Assembly: GCA_009392515.1 (NCBI GenBank)
Contig: VFGE01000031.1
Coordinates: forward strand, 604 to 64,603
DNA: 64,000 nucleotides
Direction of reading: 5' to 3'
Origin: SAR202 cluster bacterium
GTDB lineage: Bacteria; Chloroflexota; Dehalococcoidia; Lucifugimonadales; UBA6952
Shown here: positions 49,445 through 58,733 of the stretch, piece by piece
Position numbering within the stretch: the first letter of the stretch is position 1
Layout of the letters: the number at the start of each line of letters is the position of its first letter
Position numbers and translations under genes: made by a program
Notes under the pieces: model-generated
Seen by the model: only the letters and a program-made list of their open reading frames with translations
Databases searched by the model: none
Told to the model about the DNA's origin: nothing

Positions 49445-50443
49445 TCAACAATCTTTAATATTAATTACAGTCCTTCCTTGAATCTTACCTTCAAGAATGA
49501 GCTTTGCCGGTTTTTCTATTTCACTTAAAGAAACTTCATTTGTAATATTTTCAAATTCTTCTGAGGTAATAAGATCTCCTAGTCTTTTCCATGCATCGTT
49601 TCTCATATTTGTTGGGCAATACACCGAATCAATTCCAATAAGTTGTATTTTACGTAATATAAAAGGTAAAACAGTTGTTGGTAAATCATTTCCTGAAGCA
49701 TTTCCACAACAAGCAACACTGCCACCATAGTTTATTGCAGATAAAACATTTGCAAGTAATGTACTGCCTACAGTATCAATACCTCCTGCCCATTTACCAG
49801 AATTTAATGGCCTCGACATAGCTAATAAATCGTCTCTTGACATTATATTAATAGCTCCAAGATCTTTTAAATATCCTTCTAACTCCATTCTACCTGTTAC
49901 AGCGGTTACAGAATATCCTAACTTGTTTAATAGCATAATCGATAAACTTCCAACCCCTCCTGCAGCACCTGTTACTACTATTTCGCCACTAGAATTTGTG
50001 ATTCCTGAATTTTCTAGTTCTATAATTGATAACATTGCAGTTAATCCTGCTGTCCCAACAGACATAGTGTGTTTTAGAGAGATGTTATCTGGTTTTTTTA
50101 TTAGCCAATCACTGTTTACTCTAGCTACTTGTGAATAACCACCTGAATGAGTTTCTCCTAGCCCCCAACCCGTTACAATAACTTCATCACCTGTTTTAAA
50201 GTTATTATTAGATGAAGAGCTTATAATTCCTGCCAAATCAATACCTGGAGACATTGGGAGGTTTCTCATAATACGAGCTTTATTTCCATTTACAGCCATA
50301 CCGTCTTTATAATTCAGTGAAGAATAATGTACATCTATGGTGGTGTCTCCATCTGGCAAATCTTCAAGTCCTATTTCAGTAATTTTTATATCTAATTCTT
50401 CAGATTCAAGCTCTGCCCTTAAGGCTTTGAAAGTATTTGACAT
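49445..50443 (-). CDS. YhdH/AcuI-family NADPH-dependent quinone/acrylyl-CoA reductase (MDR superfamily)
   Basis: 332 aa with VHYSSLNYKDGMA, GIDLAG and VTGAAGGVGS motifs typical of the YhdH/YhfP/AcuI subgroup. A TAGGAG SD is present. Confidence 0.85.
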   Translation of the reverse strand: MSNTFKALRAELESEELDIKITEIGLEDLPDGDTTIDVHYSSLNYKDGMAVNGNKARIMRNLPMSPGIDLAGIISSSSNNNFKTGDEVIVTGWGLGETHSGGYSQVARVNSDWLIKKPDNISLKHTMSVGTAGLTAMLSIIELENSGITNSSGEIVVTGAAGGVGSLSIMLLNKLGYSVTAVTGRMELEGYLKDLGAINIMSRDDLLAMSRPLNSGKWAGGIDTVGSTLLANVLSAINYGGSVACCGNASGNDLPTTVLPFILRKIQLIGIDSVYCPTNMRNDAWKRLGDLITSEEFENITNEVSLSEIEKPAKLILEGKIQGRTVINIKDC

Positions 50444-50703
50444 CGCATCTCCTAAGTAGATTTTTCAATCGATACTTGTACTATACTTCAAGATATAAGT
50501 GCCTTCAATAATAAAATATGATGAATTAAGTATTTTTTTATCTTTGGTTTATTGAAGGTTAGGTAAGATATCTACGATTTTCTTCACATTTAGTTGATAC
50601 TTGCCTACTTTTCGAATTATATGCAATAATATCATCATTATTTTAATGCGGAATTAAATCTATTTTGGGTTTATTAACCGTATTTACGTTAAGGAGGATT
50701 CAT

Positions 50704-51942
50704 ATGATTAAATTTTCTTCGTATGTTTCGTTCATTTTAGTTACAGCTTTGATAGGTGTATCAATGGTGGCATGTGATAGCTTGCCTTCATTAGGAGAGG
50801 AAGAAGAAGCTGAACCATTAGAAATAGGTACATTACTGGATTATACTGGTGATTTGGGTGTATATGGTAAACCTATGCGTAATGGCGCCGAATTAGCAGT
50901 GACTCTTTTGAATGATGCAGGTATGAATGTTGTACCAGTTCATAAAGACTCAGGAACTGATGCAAAGGTTGCTAGTGATGCTGCTCGAGCATTGCAAGCT
51001 GCTGGCGTATCTGGAATAGTTGGTTCATTATCTAGTGGTGTTACTACAGCTGTTGCAGAATCTGTAACAATACCAGGAGGTACTGTTTTAGTTTCACCAG
51101 CTTCCACAGCTCCTTCTATTTCAGTAATTGATGATAACGATCTATTATTTAGAAGTACTGTATCCGATGCAGCACAAGGTTCTGTTTTAGGAAAACTTGC
51201 TGATGAACTTGGATACAAAAAAGTTGGTATTTTATATGTAAATAATCCTTATGGTGAAGGTTTAGCAAACATCTTTACTGCTAATTTTAGCGGTACTGTT
51301 CAAGCTGTTCCTCATGAAGGTGAATTGTCAACATATATGAGTGAAGTGACTAAAGCTACTGAAGGTGGAGTTGACGCTTTAATAGCCATGAGTTATCCAG
51401 GTAGTGCTCAAGTATATATTAGAGAAGCATTAGAAGGTGGATTTGCTGATACCTTTATGTTTGTCGATGGTACTAAGAGCCAAGATATGTTAGATAGCTT
51501 AGGTGCTAATAATTTTGAAGGTATGTATGGTACAGCACCAGGAGCTCCTCCTAGTGAAGCTAAAAATACTTTTGAAGAACTCTATGAAGCTCGATTTGGT
51601 GAAATTCCTTCAGATCCATTCCTTGGTGAAACATTTGATGCATTTGTGATGATCGCACTTGCAACAGAAAAATGTTTACACGATGGTGGTGACGATGCTA
51701 ACTGTGATGGTGCTGGTGTTGCAGCTGCAATCCGTGACGTCTCAAATGCACCTGGTACTAAAGTCGGCCCTGGTGACTTAGCTCAAGCAGTTGAATTGAT
51801 ACGATCAGGTGAAGATATTGACTTTGAAGGTGTTGCTGGTTCTCAAGAAATTGATGATAATGGTGACGTTTTGAATTCAATTGAAATCTGGAGTGTTAAA
51901 GGTGGAATGATAGAATCTACTAATAGATTTGAAGCTCCGTAA
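50704..51942 (+). CDS. ABC transporter substrate-binding lipoprotein, Liv/Peripla_BP_6 family
   Basis: ATG 50704 is preceded by AAGGAGG, while the track ORF starts at TTG 50665. It has a signal peptide with a Cys (GVSMVACDS) and a LivJ-like two-lobe pattern. It is convergent with the permease/ATPase genes. Confidence 0.88.
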   Translation: MIKFSSYVSFILVTALIGVSMVACDSLPSLGEEEEAEPLEIGTLLDYTGDLGVYGKPMRNGAELAVTLLNDAGMNVVPVHKDSGTDAKVASDAARALQAAGVSGIVGSLSSGVTTAVAESVTIPGGTVLVSPASTAPSISVIDDNDLLFRSTVSDAAQGSVLGKLADELGYKKVGILYVNNPYGEGLANIFTANFSGTVQAVPHEGELSTYMSEVTKATEGGVDALIAMSYPGSAQVYIREALEGGFADTFMFVDGTKSQDMLDSLGANNFEGMYGTAPGAPPSEAKNTFEELYEARFGEIPSDPFLGETFDAFVMIALATEKCLHDGGDDANCDGAGVAAAIRDVSNAPGTKVGPGDLAQAVELIRSGEDIDFEGVAGSQEIDDNGDVLNSIEIWSVKGGMIESTNRFEAP

Positions 51943-51960
51943 TTGATATAGAAATATAAT

Positions 51961-51988
51961 AAAAAGAGGCCTATACAGGCCTCTTTTT
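51961..51988. terminator. bidirectional rho-independent terminator
   Basis: This is a perfect 12-bp stem, AAAAAGAGGCCT (51961-51972) with AGGCCTCTTTTT (51977-51988), and loop ATAC. A-tract and T-tract flanks allow function on both strands. It lies between convergent stops at 51942 and 52003. Confidence 0.8.
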
Positions 51989-52002
51989 ATTTGGTCTTAA
52001 GT

Positions 52003-52980
52003 TTACTTAATTTTTCTTTCTATTGTTTCAGGAATTATACCGCTAGGTTTAAACAAGAGCATAACAACGATTAACAAACCTACCATGAAGTAGCGTAAAT
52101 CTGGACTAGAAAGGAATCCTGGTAAAAACTGAGTTGTTGACCAAACACCCCAAACGATAAATGCTCCAGCTATTGCTCCTCTATTATTTCCACTCCCTCC
52201 AACCATTAACATTGTCCATATAATAAACGTAGAGAGTAAGGGTCTAAAAGTGAAAGGGTCTAAAAAGCGAAATCCGTGTGCAAATACTGCTCCTCCAACA
52301 CCCATAATGAAAGCACCAAGAATAAATGATTGTACTTTAAATGAGAAAACATTTTTTCCCAGAGATGTTGCGGCAATTTCATCTTCTCGAATTGATTTTA
52401 AAACTCTACCCCAAGGCGATTTAATAATTCTTTGAACGATTAGGTAAATAACTAATAAAATTACCATTGCGATGATCGCATATAGTATATCGTAATATTT
52501 TGGTGCAACTATATCCCCAAGAAATTTTGGTATGCCATACATACCTCGACCACCATTAGCTAACCATGCTTCATTTAAAAATATCAAACGAATAGTTTCA
52601 GCTATACCTAGGGCAGCCATACCTAAATAATCTTCTCTCAATCGTAAAGTAATTAATGCAATTGGAGCAGCAATAAGTGCGCAAACGAGACCTGCGAAAA
52701 TCAATGCAAAAAAGAACCACAAATCTATACCCAGATTAAGGAATCCCAATATTTCTGGTAAGTTCCCTCCAAATATATAATCTTCAAACAAGTCAGGCTC
52801 GGGTGGTTCGATTGTTATTAGGGCAGAGGAGTATGCACCGATAGCAAAAAATCCAGCAATTCCAATATTAAAAAGACCGGTGAATCCCCAATGGATATTT
52901 AACGCAATTGAAAATATTCCATATATGCTAGCCATAATTATGAAGCCAGAAATATAAATTAATATGCCACCTAAATCCAT
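52003..52980 (-). CDS. livM: branched-chain-amino-acid-type ABC permease (LivM-like)
   Basis: 325 aa polytopic protein with a HAAT-family permease pattern (GFTGLFNIGIAGFFAIGAY). It has a 1-nt overlap with livH. Confidence 0.88.
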   Translation of the reverse strand: MDLGGILIYISGFIIMASIYGIFSIALNIHWGFTGLFNIGIAGFFAIGAYSSALITIEPPEPDLFEDYIFGGNLPEILGFLNLGIDLWFFFALIFAGLVCALIAAPIALITLRLREDYLGMAALGIAETIRLIFLNEAWLANGGRGMYGIPKFLGDIVAPKYYDILYAIIAMVILLVIYLIVQRIIKSPWGRVLKSIREDEIAATSLGKNVFSFKVQSFILGAFIMGVGGAVFAHGFRFLDPFTFRPLLSTFIIWTMLMVGGSGNNRGAIAGAFIVWGVWSTTQFLPGFLSSPDLRYFMVGLLIVVMLLFKPSGIIPETIERKIK

Positions 52981-53963
52981 TAGTCTTTTTCTCCAAATAA
53001 TCCGTTAGGTTTTACAAGCAACATTGCAATCATTATTGTAAAAGCTACAGCTGGTTTGTATGTGGGATTTAGCCAAGCTGTAGAAGCTTCCATAGAAATG
53101 CCAATTATTATAGCTCCAACTAGCGCACCAATAGGTTTCCCGATTCCTCCTAATATTACACTAGCAAATATAGGTAGTAAGATTTTCCATCCTGTCATAG
53201 GAAGAATTTGTGCTTGAGAGACTGCCAACATAGTTCCTCCTGCTGCGGCCAAACTTCCACTAATTATCCAAGTCCACATAATGACGATACTAGTATTAAT
53301 TCCAGTTGATAAGCTAAGATTAGGATTATTAGCAGTAGCTCTCATAAATTTTCCGTACTTATTATATTTTAGGAATAAGTACACACCTATAGTCATCAGT
53401 ACTGCCATAATCCCCAAAATTATATTATCGGGAGGTATTCTTATATCAAGAGGTAGCATATAAAATTGTTTTGATTCTCTAGGAAAATATTCAGGCTCAT
53501 TTCCCCATAAAAATTGCACTAATCCACGTATCATTATTGCAACTCCTAATGAAGCTATGCTGATAAGCATTGTAGAAGCCTGACGAGATCGCAATTTTTT
53601 GTAAATTAATTGGTCTAATATCACGACAATTATTGAAGTTAATAACATAGTCAAGGGAATTGCTAGTATCACAGGCAGACCAAAAGTGAATGGTCCTAAT
53701 CCTGTTCCAGTAAAACCTATTCCTGCGAAAATTACTGTGACAATAGTTAGAGAAATATATCCACCTAATGTCATCAAATCGCCTTGTGCAAAATTTCCAA
53801 ATCTTAATATACCAAATACTAAAGTTAAACCTATTGCTCCCAAAGAGTAAATAAATCCTAAAAGCAGTCCATTGATTATTAAACTAGGTTGCCCAAAAAT
53901 AATAAGAATTGATAGTGCTGTAATAAATATGATCCAAAAATAATCGAAATTTTTTAAAGTCAT
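52980..53963 (-). CDS. livH: branched-chain-amino-acid-type ABC permease (LivH-like)
   Basis: 327 aa polytopic protein with a GFIYSLGAIGLTLVFGILRFGNFAQGD motif typical of LivH. Confidence 0.88.
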   Translation of the reverse strand: MTLKNFDYFWIIFITALSILIIFGQPSLIINGLLLGFIYSLGAIGLTLVFGILRFGNFAQGDLMTLGGYISLTIVTVIFAGIGFTGTGLGPFTFGLPVILAIPLTMLLTSIIVVILDQLIYKKLRSRQASTMLISIASLGVAIMIRGLVQFLWGNEPEYFPRESKQFYMLPLDIRIPPDNIILGIMAVLMTIGVYLFLKYNKYGKFMRATANNPNLSLSTGINTSIVIMWTWIISGSLAAAGGTMLAVSQAQILPMTGWKILLPIFASVILGGIGKPIGALVGAIIIGISMEASTAWLNPTYKPAVAFTIMIAMLLVKPNGLFGEKD

Positions 53964-54673
53964 TAGTTTGAACCTCCTAAATATAACATTCCAACATCTG
54001 GGTTGTTTAATAAGTTCAAACCTGTATCATCTATTTTATTTTCACCAGTAGCTAAAACATAACCTCTGTCAGCAATCGAAAGAATTTTTTTTGCATTTTG
54101 CTCGACAATAAGTATGGTTACACCACTTTTATTTATTGATTCTATTGTTTCAAAAGTAGCGTCAGCCATTATAGGTGATAAACCTGCAGAAGGTTCGTCT
54201 AGTATCATTAACGACGGTTTTGAAATTAAAGCTTTTGCAAAGGCTAAAGTTTGCCTTTGTCCACCTGAAAGCGTTCCGGCTTTTGTATTCATTTTTGTGT
54301 CTAATATTGGGAATAATTCCAATATTTCTTCTAAACGTTTTTTAAAATCAAATTTTAGAACCAGAGATGGTATTTCAAGATTCTCTTTAATTGTCATGTT
54401 GGTAAATACATTTTCAGCTTGCGGTACATAAGAAATACCTAGCTCAACTATTTTTTGAGGAGATGAATTAGTAATATTGTCGGTCATAAACTCAATATCA
54501 CCTTTTTTAGCTTCTAATAAACCTACTATTACTTTAAGTAATGTTGATTTTCCTGATCCATTAGGTCCAATAATTGCTACTAGGTTACCTTCATTTACTT
54601 GTATAGAAACAGAGTGAAGAATCTCTGTTTCTCCATAACCTGCATTAATATTTTTTACATTTAATAATGTCAT
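53963..54673 (-). CDS. livF: ABC transporter ATP-binding protein (LivF-like)
   Basis: 236 aa with Walker A GPNGSGKST, signature LSGGQRQ and Walker B LMILDEPS. Confidence 0.92.
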   Translation of the reverse strand: MTLLNVKNINAGYGETEILHSVSIQVNEGNLVAIIGPNGSGKSTLLKVIVGLLEAKKGDIEFMTDNITNSSPQKIVELGISYVPQAENVFTNMTIKENLEIPSLVLKFDFKKRLEEILELFPILDTKMNTKAGTLSGGQRQTLAFAKALISKPSLMILDEPSAGLSPIMADATFETIESINKSGVTILIVEQNAKKILSIADRGYVLATGENKIDDTGLNLLNNPDVGMLYLGGSN

Positions 54674-55441
54674 TCACCCTCCTAAATAGGCATTCACAAC
54701 ATTTTGATTTGATTTTATTTGTTTTGCGGTACCTTCAGCGATTTTTGTCCCATTACTTAAAACTATTATTGGGTCGCATAAGTTCATAATAAAATTCATA
54801 TTATGTTCGATTATGAGAAATGTGATACCTAATTCTTCATTGCTTCTACGTATATTATCCATAAGATCATTTACTAAAGTTGGATTCACACCAGCTACAG
54901 GTTCGTCAAGTAATACTAATTTGGGGTCAGACATTAAAGTTCTAGCTAATTCTAGTAGTTTTTTTTGTCCTGTAGAAAGATTTCCTGCATATTCATTGGT
55001 TAGATGGTTGAGTCGTATAAAGTCCAATATATCCTTAGCTTTATTAATATTGGTTTCTTCTTCTCGTTGAATTTTTTTGAACGAGAATAGAGGAGACCAG
55101 ATATTCTCACCAATTTGATTTTTTGGAACAACTAATAAATTTTCTAATACTGTCATTTTTTTTAATTCACGGGGTATCTGAAAAGTTCTAACCAGTCCTT
55201 TTTTGAAGATATTATGTGTTGGTTCTTTATCAATTAGATTTTGGCGAAAAAATACATTTCCACTATCTTGAGGTAAAAATCCAGTAATGAGGTTAAATAC
55301 AGTTGTCTTACCTGCACCATTTGGGCCTATTAGACCAGTTATAGACCCAGAAGATACATTGAATGAACAATTGTTTACGGCCTGAATTCCATCAAATGAT
55401 TTTGATAAATTTTCAATAGTTAGTATGTTATTATTAGGCAT
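54674..55441 (-). CDS. livG: ABC transporter ATP-binding protein (LivG-like)
   Basis: 255 aa with Walker A GPNGAGKTT, signature LSTGQKK and Walker B LVLLDEPVAG. Confidence 0.92.
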   Translation of the reverse strand: MPNNNILTIENLSKSFDGIQAVNNCSFNVSSGSITGLIGPNGAGKTTVFNLITGFLPQDSGNVFFRQNLIDKEPTHNIFKKGLVRTFQIPRELKKMTVLENLLVVPKNQIGENIWSPLFSFKKIQREEETNINKAKDILDFIRLNHLTNEYAGNLSTGQKKLLELARTLMSDPKLVLLDEPVAGVNPTLVNDLMDNIRRSNEELGITFLIIEHNMNFIMNLCDPIIVLSNGTKIAEGTAKQIKSNQNVVNAYLGG

Positions 55442-55671
55442 TTTTTACCATTATATGTAACAGCTTTATTGCTACTTTTCGTAGTTTTTCCACCCAAGAA
55501 CCACCATTTATGACTACAGTATACCTTCATTTGTTCAAACTATCCAAAAAATATTAATATTCATTTGAGATGATAATATTAAATTAACAAAAAGTGATTT
55601 AAAAGTATTAACTTTTTCTCAAAAACCAATATTATAATTAATTAGATTTAGATAAAAATTATGAGTATTTA

Positions 55672-55995
55672 ATGCATAGTTATCCGCGACAATATAGGTA
55701 TTTGTATTTATTATTTGCTGTGCTAGGTTCTTTGGTTAGCCATATACCTTTAACAGTTGGTGTATTTTATTCTTGGGGATGGGCATTTGATATAGAAGTG
55801 GTTAATTTTTTGGAATATGGAATTATAGTAGGAGCTACTACTGGAAGTATATTGGGGATTTTAATAGGAAGACAATCTACTCGTGAAAGCTCAAGAGAAA
55901 TTGCCTGGAGGCTGCAACCTAAATTTTGGAGTGTGGCGATTGCATTGATTACCTTGGCATTTATTATTAAAAGCCTTAGAGAGTTTATATTCTAA
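55672..55995 (+). CDS. small integral membrane protein, unknown function
   Basis: 107 aa with three hydrophobic helices. I recognised no motif. Confidence 0.4.
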   Translation: MHSYPRQYRYLYLLFAVLGSLVSHIPLTVGVFYSWGWAFDIEVVNFLEYGIIVGATTGSILGILIGRQSTRESSREIAWRLQPKFWSVAIALITLAFIIKSLREFIF

Positions 55996-56012
55996 GACCT
56001 TTAAATTTTATA

Positions 56013-56420
56013 TTATTTTACAGGTTCTCCGTAGTTATTTGAATCAGGATCACCCTCTTGAAACATTGTCCAATAGATAAATATAAAAGCAGGAATAAGT
56101 AAATAAAAACCAGGAATGAGCATTAGTATAAACCAGGGGGATTTGTTAGTATCGTGGAGCCTTCTTACAATAACAGCAATTCGAGGGACAAAAAAGAGCA
56201 ATATAATTATTATTTGTATTCTCTGTATCCAGTTTATTAAGTTCAGTTCGGTAATCAGATTGTTAGCGTTTATCTCCAAAAAAGCTGTAATTATACCGAA
56301 GCCTAAACCAATAAAACATTCAAACAAAACCCAGTAGTTGAATTCTGATCTGCGAGCTCTTCCCTCAAATCCGAAATAATTATCTACTAAAACTGATTTG
56401 ATTGCGTCTGTAAAATTCAT
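56013..56420 (-). CDS. DUF805-family inner-membrane protein (paralog A)
   Basis: 135 aa with GRARRSEFNYW and VRRLHDTNKS hallmark motifs. The C-terminus is NNYGEPVK. Confidence 0.8.
   Translation of the reverse strand: MNFTDAIKSVLVDNYFGFEGRARRSEFNYWVLFECFIGLGFGIITAFLEINANNLITELNLINWIQRIQIIIILLFFVPRIAVIVRRLHDTNKSPWFILMLIPGFYLLIPAFIFIYWTMFQEGDPDSNNYGEPVK
56020..56053 (-). repeat. 34-nt exact repeat copy 1 (3' end of DUF805 paralog A)
   Basis: ATATTATTTTACAGGTTCTCCGTAGTTATTTGAA is identical to 56447-56480. It covers the stop codon and the last 10 codons. Confidence 0.9.
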
Positions 56421-56446
56421 AATTTATATATATATATTTAAAATAG

Positions 56447-56480
56447 ATATTATTTTACAGGTTCTCCGTAGTTATTTGAA
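56447..56480 (-). repeat. 34-nt exact repeat copy 2 (3' end of DUF805 paralog B)
   Basis: This copy is identical to 56020-56053. Confidence 0.9.
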
Positions 56481-56857
56481 CTAGAATCTCCTTCTTTGAT
56501 TATTAACCAGTAGAGATAAATAAAAACTGGAATCACTAAAAGACTTAAGGGTATCATTATTAACACCCACCAACCAGATTTGTTAATATCGTGAAGTCTC
56601 CTTACACCAACAGAAATACCAGGTATAAATAGGAGTAATGAAACTATTAATTGTATTCCAGCTAGCCATGCTAAAGATGTCAATGCGGAGATGATATCAT
56701 CAGTGTTTGTGCCTAATAAATAGGCTAGTATAGTAAATCCTATATTAATTAGAATATTGAACAATAAAAAGTAGTTATATTCTGATCTTCGGGCCCTTCC
56801 GCTGAAGTTGAAGTAATTTACTATTAAGACAGATTTAATTGCGTCTACAAAACTCAT
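56450..56857 (-). CDS. DUF805-family inner-membrane protein (paralog B)
   Basis: 135 aa with GRARRSEYNYF and VRRLHDINKS motifs. It is about 50% identical to paralog A by eye and has an AGGTG SD. Confidence 0.8.
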   Translation of the reverse strand: MSFVDAIKSVLIVNYFNFSGRARRSEYNYFLLFNILINIGFTILAYLLGTNTDDIISALTSLAWLAGIQLIVSLLLFIPGISVGVRRLHDINKSGWWVLIMIPLSLLVIPVFIYLYWLIIKEGDSSSNNYGEPVK

Positions 56858-57016
56858 AATTACACCTACTTTTAGTTTTAAGTATATTTAAAACGAATTG
56901 TTATAATTTATATAAATATTTTTAGTCATTAATGTCAATATACTGCCCATATTATTACGACATCCGGAATAGTAATTAGGGTATAAATAGCAAGAATGAA
57001 AAATATGCAGATAGTA

Positions 57017-57946
57017 TTATTCAGTAATTTCGCCACGTGCTAATTTTTCTAATGGCAATAAGGCGTTATAGATAAATGTATTCACAGGAATTGATACATT
57101 ATTTTCTTTTCCGATTCTCACTATGGTTCCTATTTGATGTTCAATTTCTGATGGCCTTCCGTTAGCAATATCCCTATGCATAGAGGTACTTCCAACACCT
57201 TGCGGTAAATTATCAATTCTATCTTGTATCTCTTGATAAGGAACATCTATATTCAGACTTTTTGCGACTGCACGTGTTTCTTCCATATTTTTTACCCACA
57301 TTTCAACGACACTTGGTATTTGTCTCCACACTGGTGAATTACTTCGTGTTATTGCTCCAGTAGAACCTAATGCCGAAACGGCCATTAGTTTTGCCCATTG
57401 ATCAACTTGAAAATTTTCCGGTACTACTGCATTGAATCCAGCATTATTTAATGTAGATTGTAATGAAAGTAAACGTTTAGTTTTTTCATTATTTGTTTCT
57501 GCAATTGTTAGTTTAGGGTTGTTTGCCATACCCCTAACAACACCTGGGCTTATTACTTGTGCTCCAAAGTGACAAATCCCTTCTAAAACTTTTTCTTTTC
57601 CAAGAATTTGTCCTATTCTTTGTGATGCAGTTAGTCCATTTTGTGTTTGCACTATTATCGTATTTTTATCGATCAAAGGTTTTATCATTTCGCTTGCAAT
57701 TTCTACAGCATCTGCTTTAACACAAATGATTATTGTATCTACAATACCAATTTCTTTAGGATCATCAGTTATGTGTATTGGGTTTACATTATAGTTATTA
57801 TTTTCAGTATGAATTGTTAGACCTGAGTTACGTATTACGTTCAGTGTCTCCCCTCTTGATATAAGAGAAACTTCTTCTCCTGCATTAGTTAATCGGCCAG
57901 CTATATATCCACCTATTGCTCCAATGCCAAAAATTGCAATTTTCAT
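57017..57946 (-). CDS. panE: 2-dehydropantoate 2-reductase (ApbA/PanE family)
   Basis: 309 aa with N-terminal MKIAIFGIGAIGGYIAGRL, the family C-terminal domain, and a conserved K/N/E pattern (VKADA and STSMHRDI). Confidence 0.82.
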   Translation of the reverse strand: MKIAIFGIGAIGGYIAGRLTNAGEEVSLISRGETLNVIRNSGLTIHTENNNYNVNPIHITDDPKEIGIVDTIIICVKADAVEIASEMIKPLIDKNTIIVQTQNGLTASQRIGQILGKEKVLEGICHFGAQVISPGVVRGMANNPKLTIAETNNEKTKRLLSLQSTLNNAGFNAVVPENFQVDQWAKLMAVSALGSTGAITRSNSPVWRQIPSVVEMWVKNMEETRAVAKSLNIDVPYQEIQDRIDNLPQGVGSTSMHRDIANGRPSEIEHQIGTIVRIGKENNVSIPVNTFIYNALLPLEKLARGEITE

Positions 57947-58022
57947 TAATTCTCCTTTTAATTGTTTATGTTAAGATTTCCGTATTAGATTATTTTTAAT
58001 ACGCACAAATAATGGTAGTACT

Positions 58023-58685
58023 TTGAGTGACAATTTATCAATTCAAATATTGGATTATTATACATGGGAAATTCCTGATTCCGAAATAGGTCAAGGTTTA
58101 TTGTTAAAGACGAATAGAGGAAGCATAAAAACTATTGTTCATCAATCACCACAACTACAAACAGATAAAGCTATTATATGGGTATGCGGTGCAAATGGAG
58201 GATTTGAAGGCCCTGCTAATGGGATGTATAGAACAATTTCAGAATCTTTAAAAAATACCATTAGATCTATAAGAATGGATTATCGAGAACCAAATGTATT
58301 AAGTGAATGTGCATTAGATATTTTATCAACTATAACTTTTTTAAAATCTTTAGGACATTCTCAAATAGTATTAGTTGGACATTCTTTTGGAGGAGCAGTA
58401 GTCATAACTGCTGCAGAATTTTCTGATTTAGTAATTGGAGTAGTGGCTTTATCAAGCCAAGGATACGGCACCTCTACAGTTGCTAATATTTCGCCTCGAT
58501 CATTACTTTTACTCCATGGTGGTTCAGATACGCGTTTACCATCTGAAATTTCCGAAAAGATATATTTATATGCAAAAGAACCGAAAGAAATAAAAATTTT
58601 TCCGGGAAATAGTCATGGCCTACGAGAATCTTCTGATGAAATTACATTGTTTGTAAAAAATTGGATTCTTAACATATTGGAATAA
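58023..58685 (+). CDS. alpha/beta hydrolase (dienelactone-hydrolase-like)
   Basis: 220 aa with nucleophile elbow GHSFGG, Asp in HGGSDTRLP and His in GNSHGL. It uses a TTG start. Confidence 0.75.
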   Translation: MSDNLSIQILDYYTWEIPDSEIGQGLLLKTNRGSIKTIVHQSPQLQTDKAIIWVCGANGGFEGPANGMYRTISESLKNTIRSIRMDYREPNVLSECALDILSTITFLKSLGHSQIVLVGHSFGGAVVITAAEFSDLVIGVVALSSQGYGTSTVANISPRSLLLLHGGSDTRLPSEISEKIYLYAKEPKEIKIFPGNSHGLRESSDEITLFVKNWILNILE

Positions 58686-58733
58686 AATTCAAATAATTAT
58701 TATAATTATACATATAGGATTTACAATTAAGCT

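Noticed and set aside
50704-51942. The visibly higher G+C and acidic Gly/Ala-rich composition of the binding-protein gene, considered as a sign of horizontal transfer.
   Set aside because: There are no flanking mobility genes or repeats. The gene sits next to its cognate permease and ATPase genes. The composition is more simply explained by amino-acid content and high-expression codon bias.
4656-55070. Many 60-145-aa ORFs nested in or antisense to large genes. Examples are 4656-4895, 6115-6387, 8235-8435, 10728-10931, 13605-13937, 15305-15556, 17796-18107, 25793-26164, 26298-26735, 32053-32418, 45831-46160 and 54114-54431.
   Set aside because: Each is fully contained in a confidently assigned gene on the other strand or frame. 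Their composition is low-complexity and typical of mirror frames, and they lack SD sequences. I see no evidence for independent coding.
55442-55671. Palindromes (for example AATATTAATATT) and A/T runs in the 230-nt spacer upstream of livG, considered as an operator or riboswitch.
   Set aside because: Short A/T-only palindromes are expected by chance at this base composition. I could not see a conserved stem architecture or a known riboswitch core.
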